Assembly (NCBI GenBank): GCA_023231475.1
Contig: JALJEE010003080.1
Span: 1 to 49,089 of the forward strand
Direction of reading: 5' to 3'
DNA from: Seison nebaliae
Lineage: Eukaryota
DNA length: 49,089 nt
Shown: positions 24,601 to 37,490 of the stretch, piece by piece
Layout: every line of letters begins with the position of its first letter
How positions within the stretch are numbered: position 1 is the first letter of the stretch
Notes under the pieces: model-generated
Told to the model about the DNA's origin: nothing
Databases searched by the model: none
Seen by the model: the letters and a program-made list of their open reading frames with translations, nothing else
Made by a program: the position numbers and the translations under genes

Positions 24601-27600
24601 ATAGAATTCGATTGAGTTGATCGATTTAATGATAATTTGGATGGATGTACTTTCAAATATTCATCCACGTCACTGTCATTGATTTGGATGTTCTTTTCTG
24701 TTATCCATTCGGCTACTTCACTCGTCATTTGGCCATTCGACATGGAAATGAAATGTTTCTTCGATAGACGAACATTCACCAACTTCTTCGACAGGACAAG
24801 TGACGTCGTTTGTTTCTTTTGAAAACTCAACATTTTTATTTCTTCTTTCAATCGACTTAAACGACCTTTTTTGTGAATTCTCATTGTCAATTTTCTGATA
24901 TGTGACAATATGTAAGCGAAGGCGTTCAGTTGTCTTTTCTGACCGGCCACTCCTTCCTCATAATCGTCATCCGCCACATCGTCGCCATCATTGAAGTTTT
25001 GGCCTTCGAACGAACTGATCAACAGGGCAAGAAAGAGATTGAGAACTATAAAATTGACAATCATCAGAGTAGGAATAAAATACATTCCACACAATGCCCC
25101 ATGAATTTCGGTCGCTTCACAATCGCGAAGTGGTTCTATCCACTCGCCGCATAAAACGCGGAAAACGAGGAGAAATGAATGAGAGAAATCTTTGAAATGC
25201 CAATAATAATCTGTGTTATCATCGCCAATCATTTTCTTGTAACTCGGCCCAAGTAATTTCATTCCGAGAATGGCAAAAATGAAAATAACAATAAATAATA
25301 CCAGAACTAAATAAATCAGATCCGCCATCGTCGACAGGATAACTCCCAACAAATTCTTCATCGTCTTCCAACTTTGTGCCAATTTGAACACTCTTGCCTA
25401 TATGAGAGGTTGATAAATAGAAATGAAGAGAATTAAATGTTGAAAATTACATAAAGTGAAATTAAATTCAAACTAATCGAAATGTTCGAAGGACAGACAG
25501 ACCTTCCGTGTTGGTGATACCCAAATCAGCCAAACTTATCACCACCACTATTAAGTCGAATAAGTTCCATGTACTTTGAAAATAGATTTTTCCAAACGCG
25601 AACAATTTCAACAATGCTTCGAGGACGAATATGGCGGTAGAGACGTAATTACCATACGAATTTATTTCATCGATAATTGCCGGTTGATTATGATGCTCAA
25701 CCGTCATTAAGGCCGTATTGAAAATAATGATGGTAATAATTGAGAGATCGAATAACGGGTGGGAAACGAAATTTAATACTTTATTTTGAATTCGACAGAA
25801 TTTTATGTATAAATCTTTCATCAGAATTTTCGTACAATCACAATTACGATCCGAAGACATATTCTGATACAACTTCAAATAATCTTCTGCTCATTTTAAA
25901 AATATTTAAAATTTAAATTTTAATAACTATAAAATTAAAAATTAAAAACCATCTCTCTGTTCTTTTAAACGTATTTGGTGTTGTTTTAATATTTCCTTTT
26001 CATATGAATTAAATTTCGTCTTTGAATCCAATTGTTTTTTCCAAAGAATGTCCAATTTCATACTGTCCTTCTTTTGAGTTAATGTATATTCTACCATTCG
26101 ATACGGTTCCAAAGTGTCAGGTGCATTTCCAAAATTATTACAATTATTTTCCATATTCGAATTAATTTCCATGTTCGGTTCAACCGATGGTTGATGAATA
26201 TATCCTATCGTACTTTCCTGATCTCTGGGAATTGTCCTGTCAGTATTTCGACTGAAAACATTTTGTTGACTCGACGCAAATGACACTAATCGTTTATTGG
26301 TATCATTATCATTCGAATTGAGAAGTTGTGTCAACGAATCATTTTGAGTTAATCGATTTCTTCGAATTTCCCTTATCATTTCCTTCTTCTTAAGTTCGAT
26401 TCCATTCAATGAACATCGTTCCAATCTCGATAAATTATCAAGTTGTTTATTTGATCCCATCATATTTGACGGTTCGTGTCCGAGAGAAATCGATGAATTA
26501 TTTGTCTCATTGAATTTTTGCCGAGAAAAATTTATTTGATTATTTCTTTCTTTCTTTCCATATACTAAATTTGTAGGTAAAGTACTTGCGAGCGGATTAT
26601 TTGAAGTAGTGTTATTATTTTTCAACATTATCAAAGCCGTCGTCAATTCGAAGGAAGAGAGACCGATAGACTTTCTATTATAACCGATCCATGCCGATTC
26701 ATCAATATCGTTCGACTGACATGGAGAAAAGGCAGTACAGCAATTGAATCTTTTCGTCTGTTCTCTCAATCGAACTCGTCTTTTATATTCCAATTCTTTC
26801 AACAATTTTTCTTCTTCGATAATTATCGATCGAATATTCGGTGGTAGATGATCGTAATTGACTCGAATCGATTTCTTATTATTCTCTTCAGTGAATGTGA
26901 CAAAATCGGTTTTCTGATCAGTTTTCAAATTGTTCACCACATATCGTTCTCTTGCAGCTTTCCGTCGTCGTAATTCTTTCAATTTATTATTTTCACGACG
27001 ACGTTCCACTAACGATTCACACGATTTTACTAAAGTCTCGATGAAACCTTTCGACTTTTTTTTCTGTTTCTATTCAATCAAAATTATTTAATTTTAAAAA
27101 CTAATAAATAAATTAATTAATTAACATCTTCGTCATTGAATTCGTTCACTTCCTCTTCGTAACTGATCGCTACAACGGCCAACATCAGATTAAGAAGATA
27201 GAACGAACCCAAAAATATGATGAGCATGAAATAAATGACGGAGACAAGCCCTTCCGAATCGATAATCTAAAATAAATTTGAAAATTATTAATTAAATAAA
27301 CGAAATATAAATTATACTAACTCGATTGTAGATGTCTTCCCAAAAGTCTAATGTTATCAGTTGGAAGTTTTGGAAAATGCTCATATAGAAATTGTCGAAT
27401 GAGGTCAACTTATTATTCGGATTATCACCCACATCCTCCACACACGTGAAATTGGCGGGACATCGTCGAGCCCCAACTTTCGATCCGCAAGTCACATAAA
27501 TCTCATTTTCTTGATACCAGTTTTCCGGTTGTAACATCCATTCGCCCACATCCTCCACCGTCAGATTAGTCAGGACACATTTCCGTTTTAACGAGCCCAT

Positions 27601-29241
27601 GAAGAAGGCGGTTGAGAAAAGGGAGAAAACGAAAAGTGCAAAAATGATAAGTATCATGACTTCCGAAAACATCCTGATCGTTTTCAATAACGACGAAACG
27701 ATAATACGTAAACCTGAATGAGAAATGATATATGGGAGAGAATTTTTAAAAAAAATCAACCAGAAACTACCGAAAATGTCTTGAGTGCTCGAAATACACG
27801 AAACGCTCGCAAAGCTGCAATATTTCCCAACGGTATTGAAAAGACATCGAGAATGATGGTAATGAGACTGATATTGAATAAATGAAATTTAAGATTGAAT
27901 TTAAATAATTTGAAAATAAATGTGAAAACCTGAGAATGATGGTAAAGAAATCGATAACGTTCCATGGATCTCTTAAGTAGGAGTGGCGATCTAGGACGAA
28001 ACCTTTCGCCACAATTCTCAAAACGGATTCGAGAATGTAAATTGCTAAAAATGAATTTCTTTCAATTAGTTGTGAAAAGGAAAGATGAAATGGAAATGAA
28101 GTAACTCAATGATATCATCTTCGATGTTCATGGCGAAGACTATACAATTGGCAATAATAATTGAAATGATAAAAATGTTGAAAATTGAATCAGATGTAAT
28201 TGAGCAGCAAATTCGACGAATAGCTGAAGTTGGACTAAAGATGAATAAAGATCGGTTATAATTGAACCGGCTTAAATTGATGCCAGAAAGTCCTTGAGTC
28301 AGAAATATGAAAGTTTTATCTTTCAATCGATAATACGGATCGACCTCTTCCAACGGACGATACAATAATTGTTTCGGCGGTTTACACCGAATGAAATTTT
28401 TCGTTGTTAATTTCGTTCCATCGTTCAATTTGGCGTTAGGTGTTTTTGGTAAGGTCTCATATTCGGGAATAAATTCATCGGCAACATTGATAATGGACGA
28501 CAATGGACGTTGAGTACTTTGGAGTGACATTCGTCGTGTTGCAGGATCGATAATTGTCGATCGTCTTTGATGACGTCGATCCATACTCAAATCTCGAATA
28601 TTTTCTTCATTGTGATTGTTTACACGTTGTTGCCTCTTCTTACAACAAGCGGAAGTGCAACAATTTTCTTTCGATTTGAAATAATTCTCCTGATATTCCG
28701 GATCGTTCGTATATGAACGAAACGGAAATTTACTGATAGATTTGCGTTGGAGAAATTCATTCCTGGAAATCTGACTATTTTCACGAGTTATCGCAAAACT
28801 GGATTGAGGTGCAGCTACCGTATATGTAAGCTTACCATCCACCAATTTACCCACCATATTTTTCGCTTTGATTTCATAACGTTTCTTACTCTCTGCGTAA
28901 ATGTCGTGCCAATAATTTGTCTCGATTTGCGTGTCTTTCGTGAATGGAACGAGAAACGGATAATAATCTTGAGTAGAATTGAATTCCTGTTTATAATCGT
29001 TGATATTCCTCACAATATCGATGTGACTAATATCGATATTGAGAGAATTGAATACTGATGTCTGATCATTATTTTTCACCGTCAAGAAATAATCGGTCGC
29101 TTTTTTTAAACATGCCGTCGATTGATGTTCGGATATGGCACTGAGTTGAGACGATCGACGGCTAGTTTCCGGTGTCTCGGTATTGCGTAAACGATTGACA
29201 TGACGTAAAGCTTGAATTCCACTGGTTGGACGTAGTGCCAT
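21601..29241 (-). CDS. Four-domain voltage-gated channel alpha subunit, Nav2 (DSC1/BSC1-like) type, 12 coding exons
   Basis: Four S4 sensors ([53 protein letters not shown]); P-loops TLDFW/CGEW/TFEGW/TAAGW = DEEA; III-IV linker [13 protein letters not shown]-like ILQRSWKR. Introns 28059-28105, 27868-27929, 27714-27760, 27267-27321, 27070-27125, 25887-25949, 25398-25473, 23335-23378, 23096-23142, 22896-22984, 22581-22624. Confidence 0.95.
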
Positions 29242-31451
29242 TTTGAACAATTCATGTCATGATTAGGAAGCGATATGAAGGATTAATCTGGGAAATAAGA
29301 GAAATTCTTTAAAGATTAGCCACTTGTCGTTTGTGTGAAAGAAGAATGAAATGTTTGAAAATTGACCTTATCATTCGTGCGAATGAGTGAAGAATGTTTT
29401 GAAGGTAAATATTGAACATTTGACGATTCTATTTTCTTTGTTCAATTTCTTAATACCATTCTTCTTATGAACGATAATAATCGTCATAATTTCATCTTAG
29501 TCTTTAGCAACGAATGTTGGGCGATAATTCTTCATCTCTTTATGTGGAGTTGATGAATTAACATTTATTCTCATCTTGCATCGAAGGTATTTAATGGAAT
29601 AAAAGAAATCAAAAAAATTCATTAACAACATCGTAAGATTTGAGTTATGCGGCAACGAAAAGAGAGAGGGAGAGGGAGGAAATGAAAATCTCTTTTCTTC
29701 CACAATTCTCCACAAGACATTTCTACTTTTCCAATCAGGTCTTATAGTTCCCAACTTACATAACGACGTAACAAACTGTCGAAGGCGAGATTCAATTCCT
29801 TCCACTGATGAGTGGAAATAGCACCTTGTATTAAGAGAGAAAGAGCAATCTTCCAACTACTTCACTTATTTCCACATGTGCTTCTTCTAATACATTGGAC
29901 GTCAGCTCGATGGGAAATGAAGGGAATGAAGGTTTGTTCGTGGAGTTATTGTTGATCGGTTGTTATTGTTCCGATTCGTTTCTCGTCTCCAAATTGAAAG
30001 TTAACGACTTGACCAACAAAGTGAGTTGGGCGGAGAATAAATGAAATTCGTTCGGAATTAGTTTGCGGGAATAATTTATTCTCTGCAATTATATGAGGAA
30101 CGAAATGCATCGATCAGTATTCATGGACGAGATTGAAAAGAAGAGAATTTATATGATTTTCGAATGAAGGAATGAGAAAGTAAATAGAAAATATCTTGTA
30201 GTTATTGAGACTAGAAATGAAGTTGGAGTAATAGTGAGGAGAAGATGAGATAGCACTTCTCCTCGAATTCGAAACAATACAGACTGCAGTGCTTGTCACA
30301 GGAATGATGACGAAAGAGAAGAACAATTTCTTGATTTAATGAGATTTGATACATCATACTCACTCAGCAGCATAATATAAATGGAAATTTAATACATTGA
30401 AACGAATTTAGTCGGAACGATTCCTCTTATTTCCTTCTCATCGTCCAACATTTAGTTGCGCAATTCTCAGAAACAAGAGAAATGAATGTTTACCAGTTAT
30501 TTGCTGATGAATAATTTTTTTCGTCAAAACACTAAATTCCTTAAAGTAATTGCATCTTGAATAATTAAGCATTCAAGAACTTCCATCATTGATTACATCT
30601 ATCACTATCTTCACTTTTCCTTTATACACAAAACAAAAACATTCCTAATCTATTCCGTCTCCCAATATATTTCTCTCACAAATTATCATGAGAATACGAA
30701 ACTTTCATTCTATTAGTGACTTTCCATTAATTATTCCATCAGTCGATCATCTCATTCTTGAAGTTGCTTCCAATCTCAGGACGGAAATATTTTCAAAATC
30801 GATCTCCTTCCCACTCACGTAATTAATGTACCAGGATAAATGTTCCGAATAGAATCGAAACGGAAGAGAATCTGATTTTTTCCTTCAATTCCTTCAATAA
30901 ATTATCCTCCACAAAATTTATCTGAAATTTCCCGAATAACAACATTTTCAACTAACAAACTAATCACTCGCCAAATAGAAGGACCACTTGCATTCAATAA
31001 ATTCTTCCCCAACATATTTCCGAATTACTTCAACAACTTCGTCTCCATCATCATCAGTTACAGACGGGAAACCGTTTCCCTTTCAATGACATAAGAAATT
31101 TAATTGTTTTAATGAAAAATCATAAAAGGAATCATAAATCAAAATAGAAGTTCCTCACAGATTAATTCTTACGTCCGAAAAACATTTGAAACAAATTAGA
31201 CAAATAGAAAAGAAAACATTTTTATTCGATATCTAATTTAAGAGTAATTGGAATGAGGAAAAATTATTTTTTTACTTCAAAAAACTCAATTATGTTTATG
31301 ATGCACATATAAAATAGAAATTGAGCGAAATTGAACGAATTCAATAAGTTGAATTTGGGTAATTTTCGATTTACATCATACACGGATTAATCCTGTTCAA
31401 TTTATACGTCGTCACAATCATCGTTATCGGAATTGATGATTGAAGAGGAAT

Positions 31452-33432
31452 ATGAGACATATATTGGAAAAAATAATATTCTTATTCATTCATTTAACTT
31501 GTCATCGTTAGTCGTCGGTTGTTAAGATATTATGATTGTGTCTAGTAGATTCGAGACTGTTGAAAAACGGTGAACTTGATGACGACATTGAATTATTTGG
31601 AGAGGGACCGATTGGAATTCGATTTAACTTCCGTATGAACGGAACGAAGAATATTCAGATGAGATCCAGCAAAAATGTCGGTGATCTCGTTCAGTTATTG
31701 GAGAAGGAAAATTTCTCGAGCACTTCATCGAATGTTCGCGTGCTCCCTACCAATAGATGTTCGAATGAACACGAATGTCGTTATATGAGTATAATCGAAT
31801 ATCGTTTGACCAAATATTACCCATATGTTTTCTCGATGAAATTGCCTCCTCTTCTCCCCACTACTTCCATCATCCTATTAAACAAATTGGGGAAATGGCG
31901 ATCATGGAACATAAATTACGATGAACTTCAATGTTCAACTAAACTTCAATGTTTCCTTCATGTTTTTATTCGGAAAGAAAAGGTTCCTCTTCTCTCGTAA
32001 AATTCTCTAAATTATCAATGTCTGAGATCGTCTAAATAATATGAATATAGCTAAATTCCTTCTCAATTTCTTTCAACAGATAGGTCAACCAGAAGAAATT
32101 TCATTCGATCGAATTAGAGACAGAAAAATTCGACATCGTTTCAATGTTATCAAATTCACCATATTCTCTCCTGAAAATCCTCAACAATTCGAAAAATTAT
32201 ACAAGAAATTCCTTCATCATTTCACCTTTTCATCAAAATCATCACCATCGCCTATTCTGTTGTCTACCAAAAACGAAATTAACCAAAAATTTCCCTCCAC
32301 AACAACCTCGAAACCAACAACAACCACCATATTGGAACGGTTTATCTCCAGAGATCCAATCAAAATTTTATCTGATAAATTTTCTAAATTTCTCATGCCG
32401 AAACTATTGGGAAAAGCAACAACAACCCCAATTAAAACGAAAACAACCATAAAACATACAACTATAACATTAACAACAATAACGACAACAACTACAACAA
32501 TAACGACAACAATAACGACAACAACAACAACAACAATAACGGCAACAACAACAACAACAAGTAGCCAAAGAATAACAAAGTCAGAATTTAACAAAATTTT
32601 AGAGAAAGAAATCATAATAGAATCGAATGAAACGAACCGACCAATAGCGAGAATCATATCAAGCGCAACATCGAATAATGGGAAAAAAGTGAAATTGACA
32701 AAAATATCAACTTCCGAATTAGATTATGATGATCAAGTAGCTGAATCATTAATGGATCATGTTTTCGATAAAACAATCTCAACTACTTCAAATCCCACTC
32801 AAACTGACACAAGTGAAAATTCAGAAAATAATTTCAACAAAACACAAATTCAAAAAATGATAAAACTTCTTAACGTCAAACCGTCAGTGTCGACCACTTT
32901 ATCTTCGATATCTGATAATTTTCAATTGAGTAATAAAGAATTGGAATTGGAAAGATATCTTGCCAGGCGTCGGAAATTATATTTCCAGAAAATTGGAAGA
33001 AAACAAAATTTAACTTATATGAGACCTAAATTTAAACCTGAAAATTTTAAAACAAATAATTTACCCAAAATAACGACGACAATTTCAGTTGATGATATTT
33101 CCATCTCAAACTTAACGGAATCGACAACTACTTTTTCATCACCAAGTAAATTGAACCAGTTCTATAACAATTCTTCAGCATTCTTCGCACAAATGAACCA
33201 GTTAACTAATAAAGATTTGTTCAACAAAATTAATATGAGTAATTCTCCACAACACCAACAAATTATACAAATATTTGACAATCCATGGAAAGTGAGTTTC
33301 TATTTCTTCTGTGGACTCTTATTCGTCCTATTTTGTCTTTTCGTTTATTTCGTACTCACTGCTAATGCGAAAGACGAAACATATGATGTAGTTCCATCTA
33401 CCAATATACAAATATTCAAAACTGTCAAATGA
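31452..33432 (+). CDS. Thr/Ser-rich mucin-like type I membrane protein, 3 exons
   Basis: Signal-like MRHILEKIIFLFIHLTCH; introns 31507-31545 (or 31548) and 31983-32079 join the ORFs in frame; Cys-containing N-domain, poly-Thr stalk, TM VSFYFFCGLLFVLFCLFVYFVL, short tail with YDV. Confidence 0.75.
32455..32560 (+). repeat. ACA-rich coding microsatellite (poly-Thr)
   Basis: (ACA)n interspersed with ATA/ACG codons. Confidence 0.9.
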
Positions 33433-34259
33433 CTCGAGAGTCAAATACTTTTTTTCATTCATTCAAACATTCAAACGGAAATATGATTGAACGTTTTTGT
33501 TTTTCTAAATGCGTTCTTCTTTCTTCCCAATTAATTCTCATCTTTTGTAGAATATAATAAATTTCTTTGAGACATTTGTTTGATTGTTTTCAGATATATT
33601 TCTAGTTTGCAAATGAAATCGATTCAAAAAATTAATTAGATTTGAATGTATTCATCTTATTATCATCAAATTAAATACTTATATAACTACCGAGTAAATT
33701 GATTAGGAATAATAATTATAATATATTTGGAATTAATGCAAATTGTCATTGTCGAATTTCAATTAATGTTTTTGACTGCTGTTAATGTTTTTATATTATT
33801 ACCATATTATCTTATAAAACGTCAACGTCTAATTAACATTCTGTACGTATTAGTCCAACTACATTTATGTGATAAGAATAATTTTTAACAATTAATATTC
33901 GTCAGATTATAAAGAATTTAAGGCATTTTCATGTTTCTTCTTGTTCGGATCAATTCGAGAATTTTGTCCAAATTATAAAGAAAATTTTCCATTTTTGACG
34001 ATTTCTACCAAATTTCGATAAAAAATTCCATGACTTTGAAAAAGAAAAACTTAAGGTAGAACAATTCTAGACATTGGCATACTGGAGTGATATAAACATC
34101 AGAAAGATGGTGAAACTGAAGGAGCTATCGTCAAATTCTTATTCGGAAATTAAACATTTCCAAATTGAAAAGAAACTTTCGAATTTGAATATTTATTTTT
34201 TAAATTTTGAGCGAATATTAAAAATTAATTAATAATTCTTATAATTCTTTTAAACAAAA

Positions 34260-35125
34260 ATGGCATCAATTTCATTACCAAAGAAGTATCATCAATTACT
34301 TCCATATAATTCCATTGCTGCAGGATTTGACAGAAGTGATCCAATAATGGCGTATTATAGTTTCTTTCTAATTTTTAAATTATTATCATTAAAGTGTCGT
34401 GATTAGTTAGATCATTTATGGTGGAACGAGGTTTAGAGATCGATAAGACTTCAGCGGAATGTAAACAATTTTTGATGGCGATGCTCGATCATTTGCAGAA
34501 TGTTTCATTTCTATTGAATAAATTCCTCTAAATTTTTGTGAAGGAGAAGAATAATATTCGTGAAACGATTCCTGATGCGGAGACTGCGAGAGAATATTTC
34601 GAGAATTATTCCGTACGACATTTCAAAAAAGCTGATGATTATACTAAATCTAATGATAATGTAAAGTCTCAATTTTGATTTTCTTATAATTTTTTTTCAG
34701 TTGAATAATTTATTTATTTCATTTCATTCGGTTCCTCTTTAAGATTGAGCATCAAATTATTTTATACGGCAACTTTATTATTCGACGTATTAGATTCTTT
34801 AGGTGAACCGTCGGAAGAATTAGCGAAACATAAGAAATATGCAAAATGGAAAGTGGCTGAATTGAAACGAATTTCTGAAGGATTACCACCATTATCTAAC
34901 GAACCTGAACCTGATATGCCTCCGGATGACGCCGGTATATCGACTCAAATGGAAGAGACGAAAATTGTAGACGATCCTAATCATATGTCGATGAATGAGG
35001 CTGAAGAAATGATGAAAGCTTCATCATTGGCTAAAGATGGAATTCAAGCCATTTCTTTTGATGATAAACAAACGGCCATCAAAAAATTCAGAGAAGTCCT
35101 TTCAATTTTAGAACGAAAATATTAG
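34260..35125 (+). CDS. VTA1: VTA1/LIP5 ESCRT (Vps4) cofactor, 4 exons
   Basis: Spliced product has DPIMAYY, GLEIDKTSAECKQFL, FYTATLLFDVL, KYAKWK and a C-terminal VSL-like helix pair; introns 34360-34406, 34502-34543, 34666-34743. Confidence 0.92.
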
Positions 35126-35432
35126 AATTCAACTTATATTTATATTTATTCTCAACAATATTTTTAAAATTAAATTTATCGAAACTTTTTTTACTTTATT
35201 TTATTTAATCGTTCAAAAGATTTATTTATTTTTTCCTTTTTTCTATTCGGGGCAAAGGTTAAAGAACATAAAATTATATTTTATCCCTTACATATCTAAA
35301 TATAAACATTTTATAAACATTAATAAAAACATTGTCAATTTCACAACTTTTTTGAATTCATCAATATTGGGGAAATTCTATAAATTCTATAATTAAAAAC
35401 TGAGGATTTTCCAACCTTTTATGATAAGAAAT

Positions 35433-36800
35433 TTATTCTTTTAATCTTTTCCCGGTTTCTATTTCCAATACAATGGCATCAACCACTTCATTTTTCAACA
35501 TTTCGCTCATTTGACCAATATTATCAATCTCGAAGGAATGTTGATCGTTCATCAATACCCAACCATCATCTCTTCGATTAATGGAAAACGTATGTGGTCC
35601 TTGATTGTATACGTGAGTTTTATAAAATTCTACGTCTAAAGCAGCATTGCACATCGCATAAAAATACTTAATATACTTCTTGATGTAGTTGTCTAAAAAA
35701 TCAAGATGTCCTTCTCCCAGAATATTAGCATACGTTTCCCTTTTCCTTAAAAACTTATTGGTGCAATTATGAACTGATGGGGATGGATTTTCGACCGGTA
35801 TCAGATCTTTAGGGAATGTCACGTACTCATATTGAAGAAAAAAAGATACAGCTTTTAATTGAAAATCTGCGTCGCCATTTTCAATTGGAAATGAATAATG
35901 AACATTCTCATTATCATTAATTTTTGGCATTGTGAATCTTTGTGATTGAATAAAGATTTCGAAGTCGGGAGGTGGAAGTTCCTCCATCTGAAGATGTTTA
36001 ATACGGTGCAAAAAAGCAGAAAAACTAATATAAGTCATTTCATGAATTCTCATTCTTCCTTTAGGATAAAAGCCCAAATGAATAACTTTGGGTGTTATTT
36101 TCTTTTCTGTTAAATCTTCTCGAAGTTCGTCCATTGTTTCATTTCCCAAATCGGCGTAATAACCTGGTTGGAAGGGTGTGACATCAATTGGATCATGTCG
36201 AACACTGTTTATTAGTATTCCTATATTCAAAACTTCGACATTTGGGTAATAAGCAAAGCTATAAAACTCCCCACCACCGTCTACCATTTCTACTAAAATT
36301 ATATCTGATATTATCGTATGTAAACGTTCGGTAGTGGGGACAATTTGATTTGTTTTTTCTCTTATGATAGGTGCTACGAGATTCGGATTTATTCTGAGTC
36401 TTGTTTTTTCATTGTTGGTGAAGAACTTCGATATAACATAATCTCCTGCTAAACCATAAGCTCCGTTATGTATTTGGTTGTTCCTTGTCTCACAAACACC
36501 TTTTATCAATATTTCAGAAACCTTTTGATCTTTTTCTGCTCCATAATTCTGTGTGATATAATGCGTAAGGTTGGTTATGTCCTCATGAACATCTTTTGGA
36601 CAAGCGTTATATTTATGTGAAAGAATACTCATTAGGGCCGTATTTGACATGATCATGGCTAAAGCAACGTTAGTTAAACAAACTCCAATACAGTTATCAT
36701 TGTAAAATCCTGCAATTTTATGATCGGAATTATCTCCTAAATTGTTGAGATATTGCCATCTCTCGCCCATGGTTGCATGTTGAAAAAGAAAGGGATCCAT
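35433..36800 (-). CDS. Divergent USP-like (peptidase C19 fold) cysteine protease, array copy 1, intronless, 455 aa
   Basis: Cys box GFYNDNCIGVCLTNVAL, PKVIHLGF, FQLKAV, His box GPHTFSINRRDDGWVLMND. Confidence 0.72.
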   Translation of the reverse strand: MDPFLFQHATMGERWQYLNNLGDNSDHKIAGFYNDNCIGVCLTNVALAMIMSNTALMSILSHKYNACPKDVHEDITNLTHYITQNYGAEKDQKVSEILIKGVCETRNNQIHNGAYGLAGDYVISKFFTNNEKTRLRINPNLVAPIIREKTNQIVPTTERLHTIISDIILVEMVDGGGEFYSFAYYPNVEVLNIGILINSVRHDPIDVTPFQPGYYADLGNETMDELREDLTEKKITPKVIHLGFYPKGRMRIHEMTYISFSAFLHRIKHLQMEELPPPDFEIFIQSQRFTMPKINDNENVHYSFPIENGDADFQLKAVSFFLQYEYVTFPKDLIPVENPSPSVHNCTNKFLRKRETYANILGEGHLDFLDNYIKKYIKYFYAMCNAALDVEFYKTHVYNQGPHTFSINRRDDGWVLMNDQHSFEIDNIGQMSEMLKNEVVDAIVLEIETGKRLKE

Positions 36801-36970
36801 TTAAGATAAAAGAAAATTAAACAGTTTTGGAAAAACTTTGTTTCATTCCGGTTTTTCGCTTATTCTTTATAGAGAGAATACTTTTAAGGATCGTATGTCC
36901 ATATTGATTAATTTTTTTTTATTTTTTATTTCAATTGAAATTTCCGTCGGGATAAACTGAAATTTTTTGA

Positions 36971-37077
36971 TCGATCTCCTGTACGGTCAGTGGTAGGAGA
37001 TCTCTACGTTGCGTGAGACGTGTGTCCCATCGTTGTCGCGTTGGGAAAGTGCATAGACCACTGCTACGCACGCCCCA
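36971..37077. other. GC-rich self-complementary island (candidate structured RNA or small TE remnant)
   Basis: About 55% GC in AT-rich spacer; pairs GATCTCCT/AGGAGATC, CAGTGGT/ACCACTG, TCCCA/TGGGA. Confidence 0.45.
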
Positions 37078-37490
37078 GAATATAATGTATAAAATGATCG
37101 TTATACCATTCTTCTTATAATTTCAACATAATTTTCTTATTCTTACAAGAGATTTTTTGTTAATTAGAACTAAAACGTATGTGAGTTTCGGTTGGTTGTA
37201 TTTCGCGAATATCTTTATACAAAAACACAGAAGTTCCGACTTCACCCGAGATTATTTCAGAGTTATTTCACAAATGTATTGAAAGTTTAATCAAAAACTT
37301 CTGAATATAATACTGTTATTGTAGTTATTATAATTTTAAAAAATTTGTATGAATGTCTCATAAAATTCTCCTCTAATTAACATTTAATTTTTTATTCCTA
37401 CAACTAATGTAATTCTTACGTATCAATTACCTATCCCATTGTATCTCAATTCGAAAGTATTAAAAATTTGAAAATGTTCATTTATGCATA

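Noticed and set aside
27849..27945. 14-bp direct repeat (TTACCATCATTCTC) flanking a Nav intron, suggesting intron gain by duplication
   Set aside because: Encodes TIIL twice in a TM helix, and an intron in domain I S3 is common in Nav genes, so recent gain is not supported.
29497..30326. ORFs of 119 and 70 aa upstream of the Nav2 gene
   Set aside because: TTG starts, no homology; more likely 5' UTR/intron/regulatory DNA.
32217..32657. Poly-Val ORF and other short antisense or overlapping ORFs in the track
   Set aside because: Shadows of real genes or of low-complexity repeats.
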